DNA of 64,000 bases, taken from contig CM119373.1 of NCBI GenBank assembly GCA_051294905.1, positions 4,900,001 through 4,964,000 on the forward strand. The letters run 5' to 3'. The translations under genes and the position numbers were made by a program. Of the stretch, positions 51,789 to 63,696 are shown one piece after another (the first letter of the stretch is position 1; every line of letters begins with the position of its first letter). Source of the stretch: Botryllus schlosseri (taxonomy: Eukaryota). Under the pieces are notes generated by a model. It was not told the origin of the DNA and ran no database searches. It saw nothing but the letters and a program-made list of their open reading frames with translations.

Positions 51789-52415
51789 GATATCAGTCAT
51801 ATTCTGTTGTAATTCGAATAGGTGATGACATATGAATTCCTTCGCGAATATTGCCGATTGTTCTCAAACATCCGCCGTATATAGTCCTAGTCGCCATAGA
51901 TGAAACAAAGAAGACTACACTATATTAATACGTTTTATCGATAGTATTCAAAACGAATCATGCTTAACGGTATTGATCCATATCTGCAGAAACCCGCTCG
52001 AATATTCAATACGAAAAGTATATAATTCATTTACGCAAAAATTCGAGTAGGACAGCTAGTATAGTTGAATTAAAGTCCAGAGATACTAATGTCCAGAGAT
52101 ATAAAAGCAGGAAATGACGAGTGCTTATGCCGCGTTTATAGTCAATCAGTTTTAATAATATTTTCATCATTTCAAAACACCACGAAACTGCGATCCCGGG
52201 CAGTCGTACTAACTATCCTGCCGCGTGTAGTAATTGGCTGCGACAGATTTGGCGAGATGAAAGTGTCTAGTTGAAAAGTAAGCCTGACTCTAGTCAAGAT
52301 TTGAATATGCCGAAAAACACCCTATTATTTCGTGTAAGCTTACATGGGCCGAACTAGGACCAAGAATTAGTGGGGATGACAAATAATCACTAGCAGCGAT
52401 GAAGTTTCCGTAGGG

Positions 52416-53377
52416 TAGGGTTGCCATACGTCCGGAATTTCCCGGACATGTCCGGAATTTCACTGAAAAATCTGCGTCCGGGAGGAATTTATAAAATATG
52501 CCTAAATGTCCGGAATTTCGAAAGCTTGAAGTATGCTCAAAAGTCTTTCGTAAATCAACATAAACAATATTATTTTCAAGCAGATTTATGCTATTCAAAA
52601 TACTTCTTCGCGCCGCGCGCAAGGTAATGCAACGTATAATGATATTAGTATGGGCACCAGGCACCACCCTCACCAAAAAATGCAATCAATATCAATATAA
52701 ATAATAAGTTCGTGCAAGCTGAATTTTTTTAGTAATCAGCTTATCAAGTTTCAAGCTTAGCCACGGAACATTTTCACGTTGGAAATGAGGTTGCGACCAT
52801 AAAAGGTTGGAAATCACCGGATGTTCAACCTGCTGGTGCATTTTATAGTAGCCTAATATATGGAAGAATCAAGAGTATTGACTGAATTCATACATAAAAT
52901 TTAACAGCCAAATGCATATACCAAGTGCCCAACAAGTTACATCGACTACCCTATGGTGGGCCCAAGATCAGTGCTCTTTTGGGCTGAGGGGGGGGGGGGG
53001 GGGTGCAGAAAAAATGTTTTTTTTTTTCGGACCTGATTATAAAACACATAACCAGATAGCCACGCCGGCGTAACAGTATAGCAGGGCTGTCAAACACGAT
53101 CCTTACCGGCCGGACACGGCCCGCCAGACGATTGCATCCGGCCCGTGCAGGGATCTTTTGCAGACCCTAGCAAGTAGCAATCAGCAGATCTCACATTACA
53201 GATGGCCCAATTCATGAGCTATGTTCCACTCCATTCCTACAGTCTATAAAGTCGATGGTCAATGATTTGCTAATGTGGCGTCATATTTACGGACAATATG
53301 TTACACCTCATTTTAAAATCCGCTAGTGGGCACTAAAGAGTGTCCGGAATTTGCTTCACAAAAATATGGTAACCCTA
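52416..53377. mobile_element. hAT (Blackjack-like) non-autonomous element
   Basis: TIR TAGGGTT(G/A)CCATA, TSD CCGTAGGG, GTCCGGAATTT repeats. Confidence 0.92.
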
Positions 53378-53770
53378 CCGTAGGGTATGTTGCGGCGTTG
53401 TTAATGTGTAGTATCGCAGTGCATCAATAAATATGTGCCGTTCGCTGTGCAATTGTGCATATTCATGCCGACAATAAGGCGGGTGCCTTTGTACCTAGAT
53501 ATTCCATGGTTTTGTCAGCTTTTTAGAGCATTCTTGTTTAGTGTTTTTGAGGACAATTTACCTCGCTGACGTAAGATGAAACGCACTAACTCAAAAATAG
53601 CTTCAGAAATACACCCACTTGTCGCATTAAGTAATAACAAGGACAAAGTCAAATTGGATTTATTATTGGTACTGCAAGCAGGCGACTCGAACCAGGCTTG
53701 GACAACTAAATAATCCTCGTCGTCTAATCTCACGCAATTAGAGCGAAATGCCAGTAATATAATTCTAATC

Positions 53771-54070
53771 TAATTTGGAAAAAGTTGCGTAGCTCTAATT
53801 CTAATTTTGACATAATTTGAAAAAGCTGCGTAGCTCTAATTCTAATTTTAACATAATTTGGAAAAAGCTGCGTAGCTCTAATTCTAATTTTAACATAATT
53901 TGAAAAAGCTGCGTAGCTCTAATTCTAATTTTAACATAATTTGGAAAAAGCTGCGTAGCTCTAATTCTAATTTTAACATAATTTGAAAAAGCTGCGTAGC
54001 TCTAATTCTAATTTTAACATAATTTGGAAAAGCTGTGTAGCTCTAAATCTCATCTAATTCGGAAAAGCTG
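53771..54070. repeat. 41/42-bp minisatellite, about 7 copies
   Basis: CATAATTTG(G)AAAAAGCTGCGTAGCTCTAATTCTAATTTTAA. Confidence 0.95.
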
Positions 54071-54373
54071 AAAATTTTCTAGTTGTCTGGGTCTGACTCG
54101 AAATGAAAATATATTTACCTATATCTGAACGTCACAAGCGCTACTATTCCGGCAAGGTCAATACACTCAATACCATTCTGATCAGGACATCAATGCCCCT
54201 GTGGAGACGCTGTAAATGGTCACGGAGCAGCGAGCCAGTTCGTTGGCTACTGTGTCCCTTTTGTGTTGTCATGTATATCGGGGCCTTGTGTCGATTTTAC
54301 GTCCTAGCGCTGAAGCGCCAGTATAGTTGCCGGCTACCTAATCGCAAACAACAATGTCAACGGGTCAAATTGC

Positions 54374-54547
54374 TACATCGATACCTTTGGTGCTAGACCT
54401 TGGAGAAGATCGACTAATATTCCAAAAGTTTAGGGCTACTATTGTAATTAATATACATCGATACCTTTGGTGCTAGACCTTGGAGAAGATCGACTAATAT
54501 TCCAAAAGTTTAGGGCTACTATTGTGATTAATATACATCGATACCTT
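54374..54547. repeat. 80-bp tandem duplication (2.2 copies)
   Basis: TACATCGATACCTTTGGTGCTAGACC...ATTAATA repeated with one mismatch. Confidence 0.95.
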
Positions 54548-56989
54548 GGTTACTAACTAGGATTAATAAAGAAGTATAATGTAACCGGAATTACTAGGCC
54601 TATAACATTAGGAATACTTCAGGCCAGTACTGCTAATATAAAGACCTTAGAAAAGTAACCCATGGTTGAACTTATCCACACATTCGTTTTTCGAAACTGA
54701 TGTGTCGATGATGGAAAATGACACTAGCCTAAAACCCGCTTTGTCCGCGTATTCACTTTACGAAGTGAATGCGCCTGACGAACGCCATTTTGTCGCATTG
54801 CAATCATTACGTGTACGAACTATGAAAGTTCACTGTATTGGCAAAAATCAATCTGCAAAAGGGTATTTTCATGTGAGGGTTTACTATGACGTATTATTGC
54901 AACGTGACGCCTATCTTTCTTATATTGTTCAAGTACTGCATTTACCTAATCTTTGACATGTACCATCATATTGCTTTAAGATGACGCTAACATGTCTTAG
55001 ATATAGGTATAAGTTATGAACATTTAATATGGGAATAGTTGGTTGTTACTGCAGTAATTTAATAGCGAGTACTACAACTGTAGGTATTAAAAAGGCGTCA
55101 TAACTGACCCCGCCCCTATACTAGTGTCAGGACCCTTCACCCCAACGGGACAGAAGTTTGAAAATTTGATGTGTAATGGACCATAGGACAATAGAAACAT
55201 GGGTATTTAAAGACCTCTTGGGGTAAGGCATTGGAGCATATGTGAGTTCGAAATTCGCGATAAGCCTAGTCTATTGCCTATGAAGCACGATATATACGAA
55301 TGAATAAAAAAGCTTAAGCACACCAATACTGGAAATTAAGGAATATAGCATGATTACAATTGGGATATTGGTTCACATATGACTATTATAAGTGAGATGG
55401 TATCATTTTGTGCTTATCTGGGACTGTGTCGTATGCATGTTAAGTGTTAGCTATACCATCAGTTTGCTTTACCAAAAATGGCGCCACCATTTTTTCATGT
55501 ATGCGAGCTTTTACAGTGAGCCGAAGTATGACTGACATATGTATGCATATCTATGCCATGTATGATGTCCACATGAATTGTACACTCAGTTGTAGTATCC
55601 AATTATTGCATATAAAGACGACATCGGTGCGTCCGCTAGTTTCGGCGAACTTGTGACTCTATGCCAATGTAAATCCGCCAGTCTGAAACAGAGCCCCAAA
55701 CGAAGCATCCAGTAGCAGACTATATCCAGAAAACCGGACATTGACGGAGGCATTGCGGAAGGGTTTGACGTCTTTTGAGATTGAAGGGTGATGTTCCGAT
55801 GTCCCTCTGAAAAATCTTGACATGTTATTGATTGTATCGGCTGCTTGCTGCAGTTGCAAAGTATACAGAAATAAAGCAGTGCGATGAAATGGGAGCGACT
55901 GCTAACCGAAATTGCAATGTATACATAAATGAAGAAGCTCGATTAAATTTGCTGGAATCGCTCCATAAAGCCGATGAGCTAAAGATGGAGAGAGCCAAGA
56001 ACATAGAGGTATTGCATTCGGAATATCGTTACAACGAACCCTCAACAAACCCCGCGTTCTGTTGGACTTGGAATGCCCGATCTCCGAATCGACAGCACGC
56101 AAGAAGGCTACTTGATGATCCTAAGTAGTAACGACTCAAACAAGGGGTCTGTTCCTGGACTAATTGCGGTTAGATATCTGCATCTGGAAGATTGGGGAAC
56201 TCTTATAAACAAGGTGGTCGGCAAATTGGTCAACTTGAACTCTGTGTGGTATTGTTTTTTGTGGCATCGATTGGCATATTTCTTGTATATTATATGCATG
56301 TATATTGTCGGCAGGAAATACCGTCACATTTATGGTGTAAACACACCTTGGAGTATTGAACTGTTATTAATCGTGCATGAATATGAATAGGTTAAATCTT
56401 GACTCGTGTTGTGATTGAAGTATGTTTCGTCTGCCAACTTAACCGAGTTTTGCATAGATACTTCATTGCTGTCTGCATGATAATTATTGGACTATGTGGG
56501 TTGAATTAAGCCAAGGGGCTTGTCTATTGTATGAATAGTTTGAGCCGCTGGACCTTCCAAGGTCACTGCTTCGTTCGATCAATCTACAACCAATGCTTCA
56601 ATCAACGTCGACAGAACCGGGTTGTATAAGGGGTGTGGAAGAATGTGGAAAAGCCAGGAGATGGGGTTGAGCTCTGTGAAGTAAATCGAACCAAGTGTGG
56701 AATACTTGCATGGCAAGCGCCATGAAGCTACACTATAATCAAATGGAGGCACCACTGGGAGGTCTTCTGGGGCTCAGCGTCATTTCTTGGCAATTTCAGT
56801 GGACGGGGGAGAGTCTGAAGACGAACACATCGATTACCTCCTTACTATCTGCGAACGCCAATCTATGAAAAGAAAAGATCGTCGAAGGATCACAACTGGG
56901 GTTTTCTGCGCCGACACGGGAAGCGTCCTCAAATTGAAAAACGTCGTAGAAACCTAATACCCGCCAAGCTGGGAGGATCGGCAACCTAT

Positions 56990-58470
56990 AGACATGAAAC
57001 TACGTGATATAGGTGACTCCTCCCACGTTGACTCCTCAGTAATAATCAATTTCCACGGACTATCGGCTCCATTTGCGATCGAGGAAGGAGACCTCTCGAT
57101 ATTGTAGGTCTAAAATGGATTGATCATGTACAACAATTACCAAACATAGCGACTGAATTTGAATCTCCGCCTAATGCAAACGAAGAGTTGTCTTTAGTAA
57201 CGCTTCATGACGAGATCTCGTGTGATCAACGGGACGGAACCAAAGTCGGAAGCAGTCTTCGCGACACTGTAACCGATGATGGGTTGATGGAAGCTGCAAA
57301 TCAAATAAGCGTCGAGCCGGCACGTTGTCTGTGTCGCCGCAGGCCGTTGCCGCTGGCGCAAGTGTCGAGATGGTAATCACCACTGGCGCGAAATGTGTCG
57401 AGTCAGGAATCCCTGCTGGCACCAATCATGAATACGCCGATCTTACGACGGCAACTGTCTTACCTTCTTTCCCAAAAGGTCAAAAAATATGGGAAATCCC
57501 TAGTGTTGGGTCAGGTAGCCCCTGTTGGCACTAGTCGAGAAAGTGTCGGGTCAGCTAGCACTGCTGGCACTAACTAAAGATGTGTCGAGTCAGGAATCCC
57601 TGCTGGCACCATTAATGAAGACGTCGAGCGCGGAATCCCGGCTGGCGTAAATAAGGACCTGCACGAGAAAACTGGTCCTAAATGCTCTCGTGGATGCATT
57701 TGTCCGAATAACTGTAATGATTCGGCACATAATAGATGCATGACGACAGCCACAGTCATGAGTACTACACCAAAAGGTTCAAACAAAGCAGCTATTGCCG
57801 GTCAACCGGATACACGCCCGGTCATGTCCGGCAAGGAGTCTGGGGATTTTAAGATGCACGTCTCCCCAGAAACAGGCCCCCGGCGGCGACTGAATCCGCC
57901 GGCGTGACGGTAGGCGTGGGCACACGCCGAGATCAGAGGTCAGATTGAATAGGTTGGGAATCCCCGCTGACAACGAAGAACCTCGCCCTCTCTCCACCAA
58001 CACCAAAACCCCGTTCATCACGAGATTCGCATTGGGCCAATAACTGGCCCAATTACTATGTAACCTTACAACAAGACACCAGTCCCAGCGTGAAGACGGA
58101 ACTCAAAAGTCTCTGTGCACAATCGGTAGCACTGGCAAAGCTGTCATACAAACCTCCTGACTTTTGACTGGCCTAGAAAATATCGCCATTCCTGAAGGAG
58201 TCTTGACAGCCGTTTATGATCCATTTGCTTCCGAACTTGATAGCCTGCGGGGCCAACTCAGCGCCCCCCAATCCATGAAATACCAATGCGACATCGGACG
58301 TAAGGACCCATCGACTAAGCCTTTCGTTTCTGGCCCTTACAACCTGACGCGGGAGGGTCAGGCGAAGGCACTAAAGGAAGCAATAGATAAAATACCTGAT
58401 TTTGGTATTATTGAACAAGGTTTTGCCGAATGAAAATTGGCTATTTTTGTTGTTCATGAGAAAATGAATG
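56990..58470 (+). mobile_element. Decayed Ty3/Gypsy pol remnant (pre-RT region and RT N-terminus)
   Basis: KPFVSGPYNLTREGQAKALKEAIDKIPDFGIIEQGFAE*KLAIFVV matches the PYR...L...I...L..GIIE.S.S.W.SP.VV start of Gypsy RT. The rest of RT/RH/IN is absent; the 5' boundary is uncertain. Confidence 0.65.
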
Positions 58471-58544
58471 AATTACTACAAGACAAGGCGAGTCGCACTC
58501 GATAGTAGCAAGACGGACGGCAGAGGTAAACCCCATCCCGAGAA

Positions 58545-59419
58545 GTGTACATGATCGCTTACTACAGTCCGACGTGGGTAACTCCAGCGGCGAAAGACTA
58601 TGATCCAAGCACTGCAGCGCTGAAACATCTGCCACCCCTAACAATACAATGGCGGATGAAAGCGAGGCTGGTGCAAGTAAGACGATCGAAATCGATGGCT
58701 AACAAAGAGGGGGAGTATAAAACTGTCAAACCAACTGATGCGACTTATGGGAAGCAACAGTTGCAAACTCTTCGCTCGCGAAACCAAACCGACGGAATGA
58801 CGAAAATCATTGGTGAAACACCTACAACGACGCGAGTGCATCCGGTCACCACTGCGAAGGCTTTGCAGAACTCCACGGAAGACGGCAGGACCGACATCGG
58901 AACGGCCTACCAAAACCCGGACCACAACCGTAAGGTAAGTACCGAAACAACTGTTTTGTATTCAACAGGAGACGACTCGTCCCCGAAGAGTGTCGAGCTA
59001 ATGAATACTAACTTGGAGTCAACGATGGCCAACGCATCACCGCAGCCCGGGCAGAAAACCCGAAGTTTGGGAACACCCGCTCCTGAGTATTCCCGAATAT
59101 CAAGAACCACCGTGGGGAAGACAACCACATTCGATGGCTGCACGAACTGGTGATGATGGAAGGTGGATATAAGGTAAGAGAATTATCCTTGATCGATAGG
59201 GTTATTATGGAAGGTGCAAAGCTGATACCTATCATGGAACCGGTGGTTGTAATATTGGTGGTAACAGGGTTGATGGCTCTGGTGATTGTGTTATGGGTAG
59301 GTTGTATAAGGTGTCGTCGACGTAGAACCTTGAATCTTCTGAGGAACACGAGGAGACGTAACGGAACAAGTCAATGGATGGCGATAAGAGTAATACGGAA
59401 CACAACGGAGAATGACTAA
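58545..59419 (+). pseudogene. Ser/Thr-rich ORF followed by a frameshifted transmembrane ORF (possible env-like ORF)
   Basis: 202-aa T/S-rich ORF overlapping an ORF with VVVILVVTGLMALVIVLWVG then CIRCRRRR. Confidence 0.45.
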
Positions 59420-60854
59420 ATCCGAAGGTAAGAATTGGTGTTTAAGATTTAGATGTAAATACGAGATTTTCTTAGTTTGTTATAGGGAAGTAATGAAGTG
59501 TAACGTTATAATTTTGGTAAATCGTTAAGAAAAATGGTGATAGGTATCATGCGTACAGAACAAATCCTTTGGCGCATCGTTTATGATGAGTCCCAAGCAC
59601 TCCGTATTTCACGTAATGGGCGTTAAAGGATAAAACTGTGAGTCATGGTAAGATAGCTATGTAACGAAGCATAAATGAATGGCAGTGCATCGTTTATAAT
59701 AGGTATCAAGTGAATTATTTTACGTAATGGGCGTAAACGGAAAAAACTGAAACCTCGTAACTAGAAATCTGCCGAGTCATGAAATATCAATTCGAGAGAA
59801 ATATAAAAGAGAAAGGTTGACGTGTAAAAGTACTTAGTCAATAAAGTGATCACTATGAACGGGTATTGTTGGTGTATAGTGCACTAGTTCCAACACTTCT
59901 ATAAGCGATTTTGGTAATTTTCATCACGATCTTCCTTGCCCGCAAAGCCCCCATAGATCCATGGGCCAATCCTCCTTACTACTGAAGATTCACCCCGCCG
60001 GTTTGTAGCTTTTGTGAAGTTCGCGGTAAAAAACGGCTGAGCAGAGGTGGGAAATAGGAGGTTGAAACATCTATTTGACGATTGAACATACCTCAGTCCT
60101 ATACATGCCAAAGGTATCCCACCTTCAGGTATTTGGTACAGGTAGCCGGGTCGTATGTACGAACGAATACCGTCATTTTCATCTGGTTTTTACTTCGTAA
60201 ATGTTAATGAAAGACATATGGTATATGAATGTAATGTCACCTTTATAGCAGCTCCAATTCACCTACTCTATATCAGGTTTTGCAGTATTCGATACGTATG
60301 ACAGAAAGATCCCGCCCCCCTCCCCCGACCACAAAAACTCAGGGCTGTCCTGTTCAAGACATTGTCATAGCGAATACGGCCAGAATACCTAGCTACAAGC
60401 TCACGATACTTGGCTTCTTCTTAAAAGATCATGACAATTAAGTCATGGCGCCAAAATGAGGGACCTGATCCTCAACTACCAATGTCATTCTGTCAAAAAA
60501 TGTCCATGGTCTTCCTACAGAAACAATAATCTCAATACATATTAGTCACTGTCGTTGTCGTCACCCAATATGTTATGTTCTTACAACTGAGTTCACATAA
60601 AAAGCAAATACCTGGTACAGACTATGTTTATGAAACTTGATGAATTTATTGTACGGAAATTTGCATTATCAGACTTGAAAAGCAGGATAAGCCAAAACAC
60701 AAATCCGCACATAGTACGCCGACCATTTACGTGACTTGAGACAATCGTGAAAGATGAAACGGAAGTTAATATCATTGAAGAACATGTTGAGAATTGGGTA
60801 AACATAAAAACAAAAAGTGGATAACGACAGGCTCTAGTCTCAGGCGGGCTTATA

Positions 60855-61622
60855 AGGATTTCAGTGTGGATTTATTGAAGTTGTGATACTTCTGACGGTG
60901 TTGCTCAACAACTTGCAACAGACTTTCCTCTTGGAGTTTATCATCTGTGATGATCGAAGCAAAGTCGGCGTGAGTTAAACTCCTCGTTCAGCAGCGTCAT
61001 TGACGACTTTGACATTACTTACAAAATGGCTCATTTCATTGTATGATTCATACTGAGGTCATTGTTCCACAGGCTGATTCAACCATTCTACAGAACACTC
61101 AAATAAATTGAACAAATGCCATGACTGAGGGCCCACTAAATCAGCCAAAGTGGTCTTCCCCTCTATCGTCCTTTCTGATGAGAGAATGGGTGGCCTGTGT
61201 CGATAAGATTGCGGTTTTTCAACTTTCAGTTGGCGGCTTGCAATGCTTTTTCTGGTATCGTAACTTTATTTTTCTGAGGATAGGGCATAAAGCACAGTTT
61301 CGTCCGCAATGTACCATGGATGCTTCTTCGACTCATTAAGAGCAGATTCAGCAACATCTTTCTTTATCCGTAGTAGAGTAACCGCCTATCTCCTGAATGA
61401 AGCGTAAGTCGTTTCCCGGCGCGTCACCCCAATGCTGCAGTCCAGCCAAGCAGGAACATAGAATAAGCTTAGAAACAAGTTCATGCGCTCCAGTTGAGTA
61501 ACGCAACTTGACGAGTATTGCATCTGATCAGCCCACATGAACATATTCTGAGAATATTGAATAGTCCCCATCCACCTGACATGTGATGCATTTGCTTGAT
61601 AGGTATTCTTGCCATATTCCAT
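60855..61622 (-). pseudogene. hATm-like transposase C-terminal remnant
   Basis: HVRWMGTIQYSQNMFMWADQ...LFLSLFYVPAW and VKVVNDAAERGV...LLQVVEQHR match the 775-aa protein. Frameshifted. Confidence 0.92.
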
Positions 61623-62883
61623 ATTTGACTACCTCCTCATCGGTTTGAAGAAGACAATCCTGAGTTTTCGTAGTTTTAGGACATTACTCTTTCAGATACA
61701 GCAAATACTGCAGAACCTGGCGTAGAGTAAGTAACTTGGAGAGAATAATACACTCAGATGAATATCCGACCAAATATTGACCAGACTTGGATATTGTTAT
61801 TGGTGGGTCCAGCACAATCTTTTCCAACGTTTCGGACATTCTTCTTCAACCAAATTCTAGTCTACCATCAAATTAGAAAACTCGGTATCTTACAGTAACG
61901 CTAAAATTGAGGCAAAGATTACTGACACAACATAATTACATACCTTTCAGTAACATTTACTAGCTTAACACAAGCTGAAAATATCTGCGCATCTGTTCTC
62001 GACTCAAACCACAGTTGTGCTTCTTCGGTATACAATTCATAACAAACGTGCAACCAATACATGTTTCCCATGAACGAGATAGATTGGTTGTACATGGTAA
62101 AACGAAGATACATCTGGCATTTATAGGACTGTATTTCAGTACAGATATGAAAACAGATATATTTCCCATCCTTACATAGCCGTCTTGAACTGATAACTTC
62201 ACAAAAGCTCCAAACCAGTGACACGGTCAACACTACAGATAAAGATATGACGTAAACACCATGGTGAAACGTCAGTAGTAAGGAGAATTGACCCGAGGGG
62301 CTTCGCGGGCAAGGAAGATCGCGATGAAGATGACCAAAATCGCTTGTAAAAGTGTTTTTATGTACTAACTAAACTATCATTTTGAACTTTGCAAAATAAG
62401 TTTCAAAAAAAATGTCCAAATCTGAACAACCCTAATGAACAATATTCACTCGAAACAATATCACTTTTCCACTAAATCGACGTGTTATGTCATCGCTATA
62501 TGAATGAGTGCCGAAATTCCAATACTTTGCATTCAAATCAACTCTGGCATCGCCCACTATTACTTACAAGGTAGGGTTATCATATTTTGGATTCGGGAAA
62601 GGAGGACACTTATGGAAAATTTTCAGAAAGAGAATAGTGGATCAAGTAGAATCCTGAAAAAATGGTAAATTTTTCAGACTTCATGGTCGGTTGACTAAAA
62701 AAAGGCCAACTTTCCAGCTCAACTCCGAAAATACAGTTTTTCTTTCACACTCAACATTGGTTGACTATTTGGTTGAAATTCCTCTCATTCGCACAAGTAC
62801 GAACCGTCACACAGGTTGAACAGCACTTTATGCTGTAGTCGTTTTTCGGGATAACTGTAATTTCTTATCCACAACACGAATAC

Positions 62884-63188
62884 CACCAGTCAGGGTTCCC
62901 CATGAACATGACAAAATTCATGACATTCAAAATTGGTGTAGGGTTCGGGTACCGTAGGAAAATTCATCATCCCTAACCAAAATCCAACGGTACGCAAACC
63001 TAACCTGAACCCACAACTCCGCAGCTGACCCTAAAACATATATATTCATTATATTGTAATTTTACTAATCCCAAAACCATAATTTTACGATACCCTCAAA
63101 CCCTCATCTTATGATTCTCCAACCTGAATGCGAAACCAATTATGACCGCTCTGAATTTCGAAATGTTCAGAGGGCACACTGATTGGTG
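62884..63188. mobile_element. Possible MITE with CACCA(G/A)TCAG TIRs and internal CCCTAACC motifs
   Basis: CACCAGTCAGGGTTCCCCATGAACAT vs reverse complement CACCAATCAGTGTGCCCTCTGAACAT. No TSD confirmed. Confidence 0.5.
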
Positions 63189-63360
63189 ATGGTAATGTTT
63201 TATACATAACATAATAGGACATGATCTATTCCTGCCCTCAAGAAATAGAATACACTAGGCCCGATTAAGAGTAAAATCTCCTGACTGAACATCGTCCGTG
63301 GAACGCGGTATCTACACCACCTTGGCGTGTAAGACATATTTCCTTAATAACATCGTCTGA

Positions 63361-63399
63361 CTATAGATAACTAACCTACGGTAGGTTAGTTATCTATAG
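63361..63399. mobile_element. 39-bp perfect palindromic micro-insertion
   Basis: CTATAGATAACTAACCTAC-G-GTAGGTTAGTTATCTATAG flanked by TCTGA on both sides. Absent from the homologous site at about 301-313. Confidence 0.85.
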
Positions 63400-63667
63400 T
63401 CTGACAACTATCCGAAGTTCGTCTTCTGCGTGACTGCCTAATCGCGTCGAGCAAGTGCGACGATGAAGTCATCGTGCTATGTAACGGGTTAAGCAATGAC
63501 CCGGAGCCGCGACAGCTGCAGCCGGATGTGTTTCTGGAAATTTCAATAAATTGCAGCTCCATTACGGTGGCGTTCTGAAGAAAACGGCTGCGGCCAAAAT
63601 TTTTTTTTCATTTTGCCCTTCAATTTGAAACCACATCATTTTTTGAGTGCAGTGCCCCTTTAAGCTT

Positions 63668-63696
63668 GAAGCTTTTCCAAATTATGGACAACCCTA
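63668..63696. mobile_element. Orphan right end of another hATm-like element
   Basis: GAAGCTTTTCCAAATTATGGACAACCCTA|ATGTACAC resembles the 36089-36116 terminus. Confidence 0.65.

Larger units (their letters stand above)
44066..59891. mobile_element. 15.8-kb insertion with GG..CC termini and 8-bp TSD (Merlin-like ends)
   Basis: TSD AACACTTC (44058-44065 and 59892-59899). Ends GGTACAAGTATACTAAGAACC vs reverse complement GGAACTAGTGCACTATACACC (14/21). Removing it rejoins the hATm TIR. Confidence 0.8.
43986..62434 (-). mobile_element. Decayed hATm-like element expanded to 18.4 kb by nested insertion
   Basis: TIR TAGGGTTGTTCAGATTTGG, TSD ACGAACAA/ATGAACAA. The left TIR is split (43986-44065 plus 59900-59952) and matches 62297-62434. 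Confidence 0.88.
43263..63659. mobile_element. Pair of Kolobok-like ~255-bp inverted arms bracketing 20.4 kb
   Basis: TTAA|AGGGGCACTGCACTCAAAAAATGATGTGG... and ...CCACATCATTTTTTGAGTGCAGTGCCCCT|TTAA, about 90% identical. The arms are certain; a single element is inferred. Confidence 0.65.

Noticed and set aside
53771..54070. CRISPR-like 41-bp repeats, and a 17-bp match (CATAATTTGGAAAAGCT) to the reverse complement of the hATm end near 63670
   Set aside because: Head-to-tail minisatellite without spacers; one AT-rich 17-mer match in 64 kb is plausible by chance.
55145..55490. 5' LTR (TGTCAGGAC...) and PBS (TGGCGCC) of the Gypsy remnant
   Set aside because: No visible similarity to the putative 3' LTR at 59499 and no clear CA end before the PBS.
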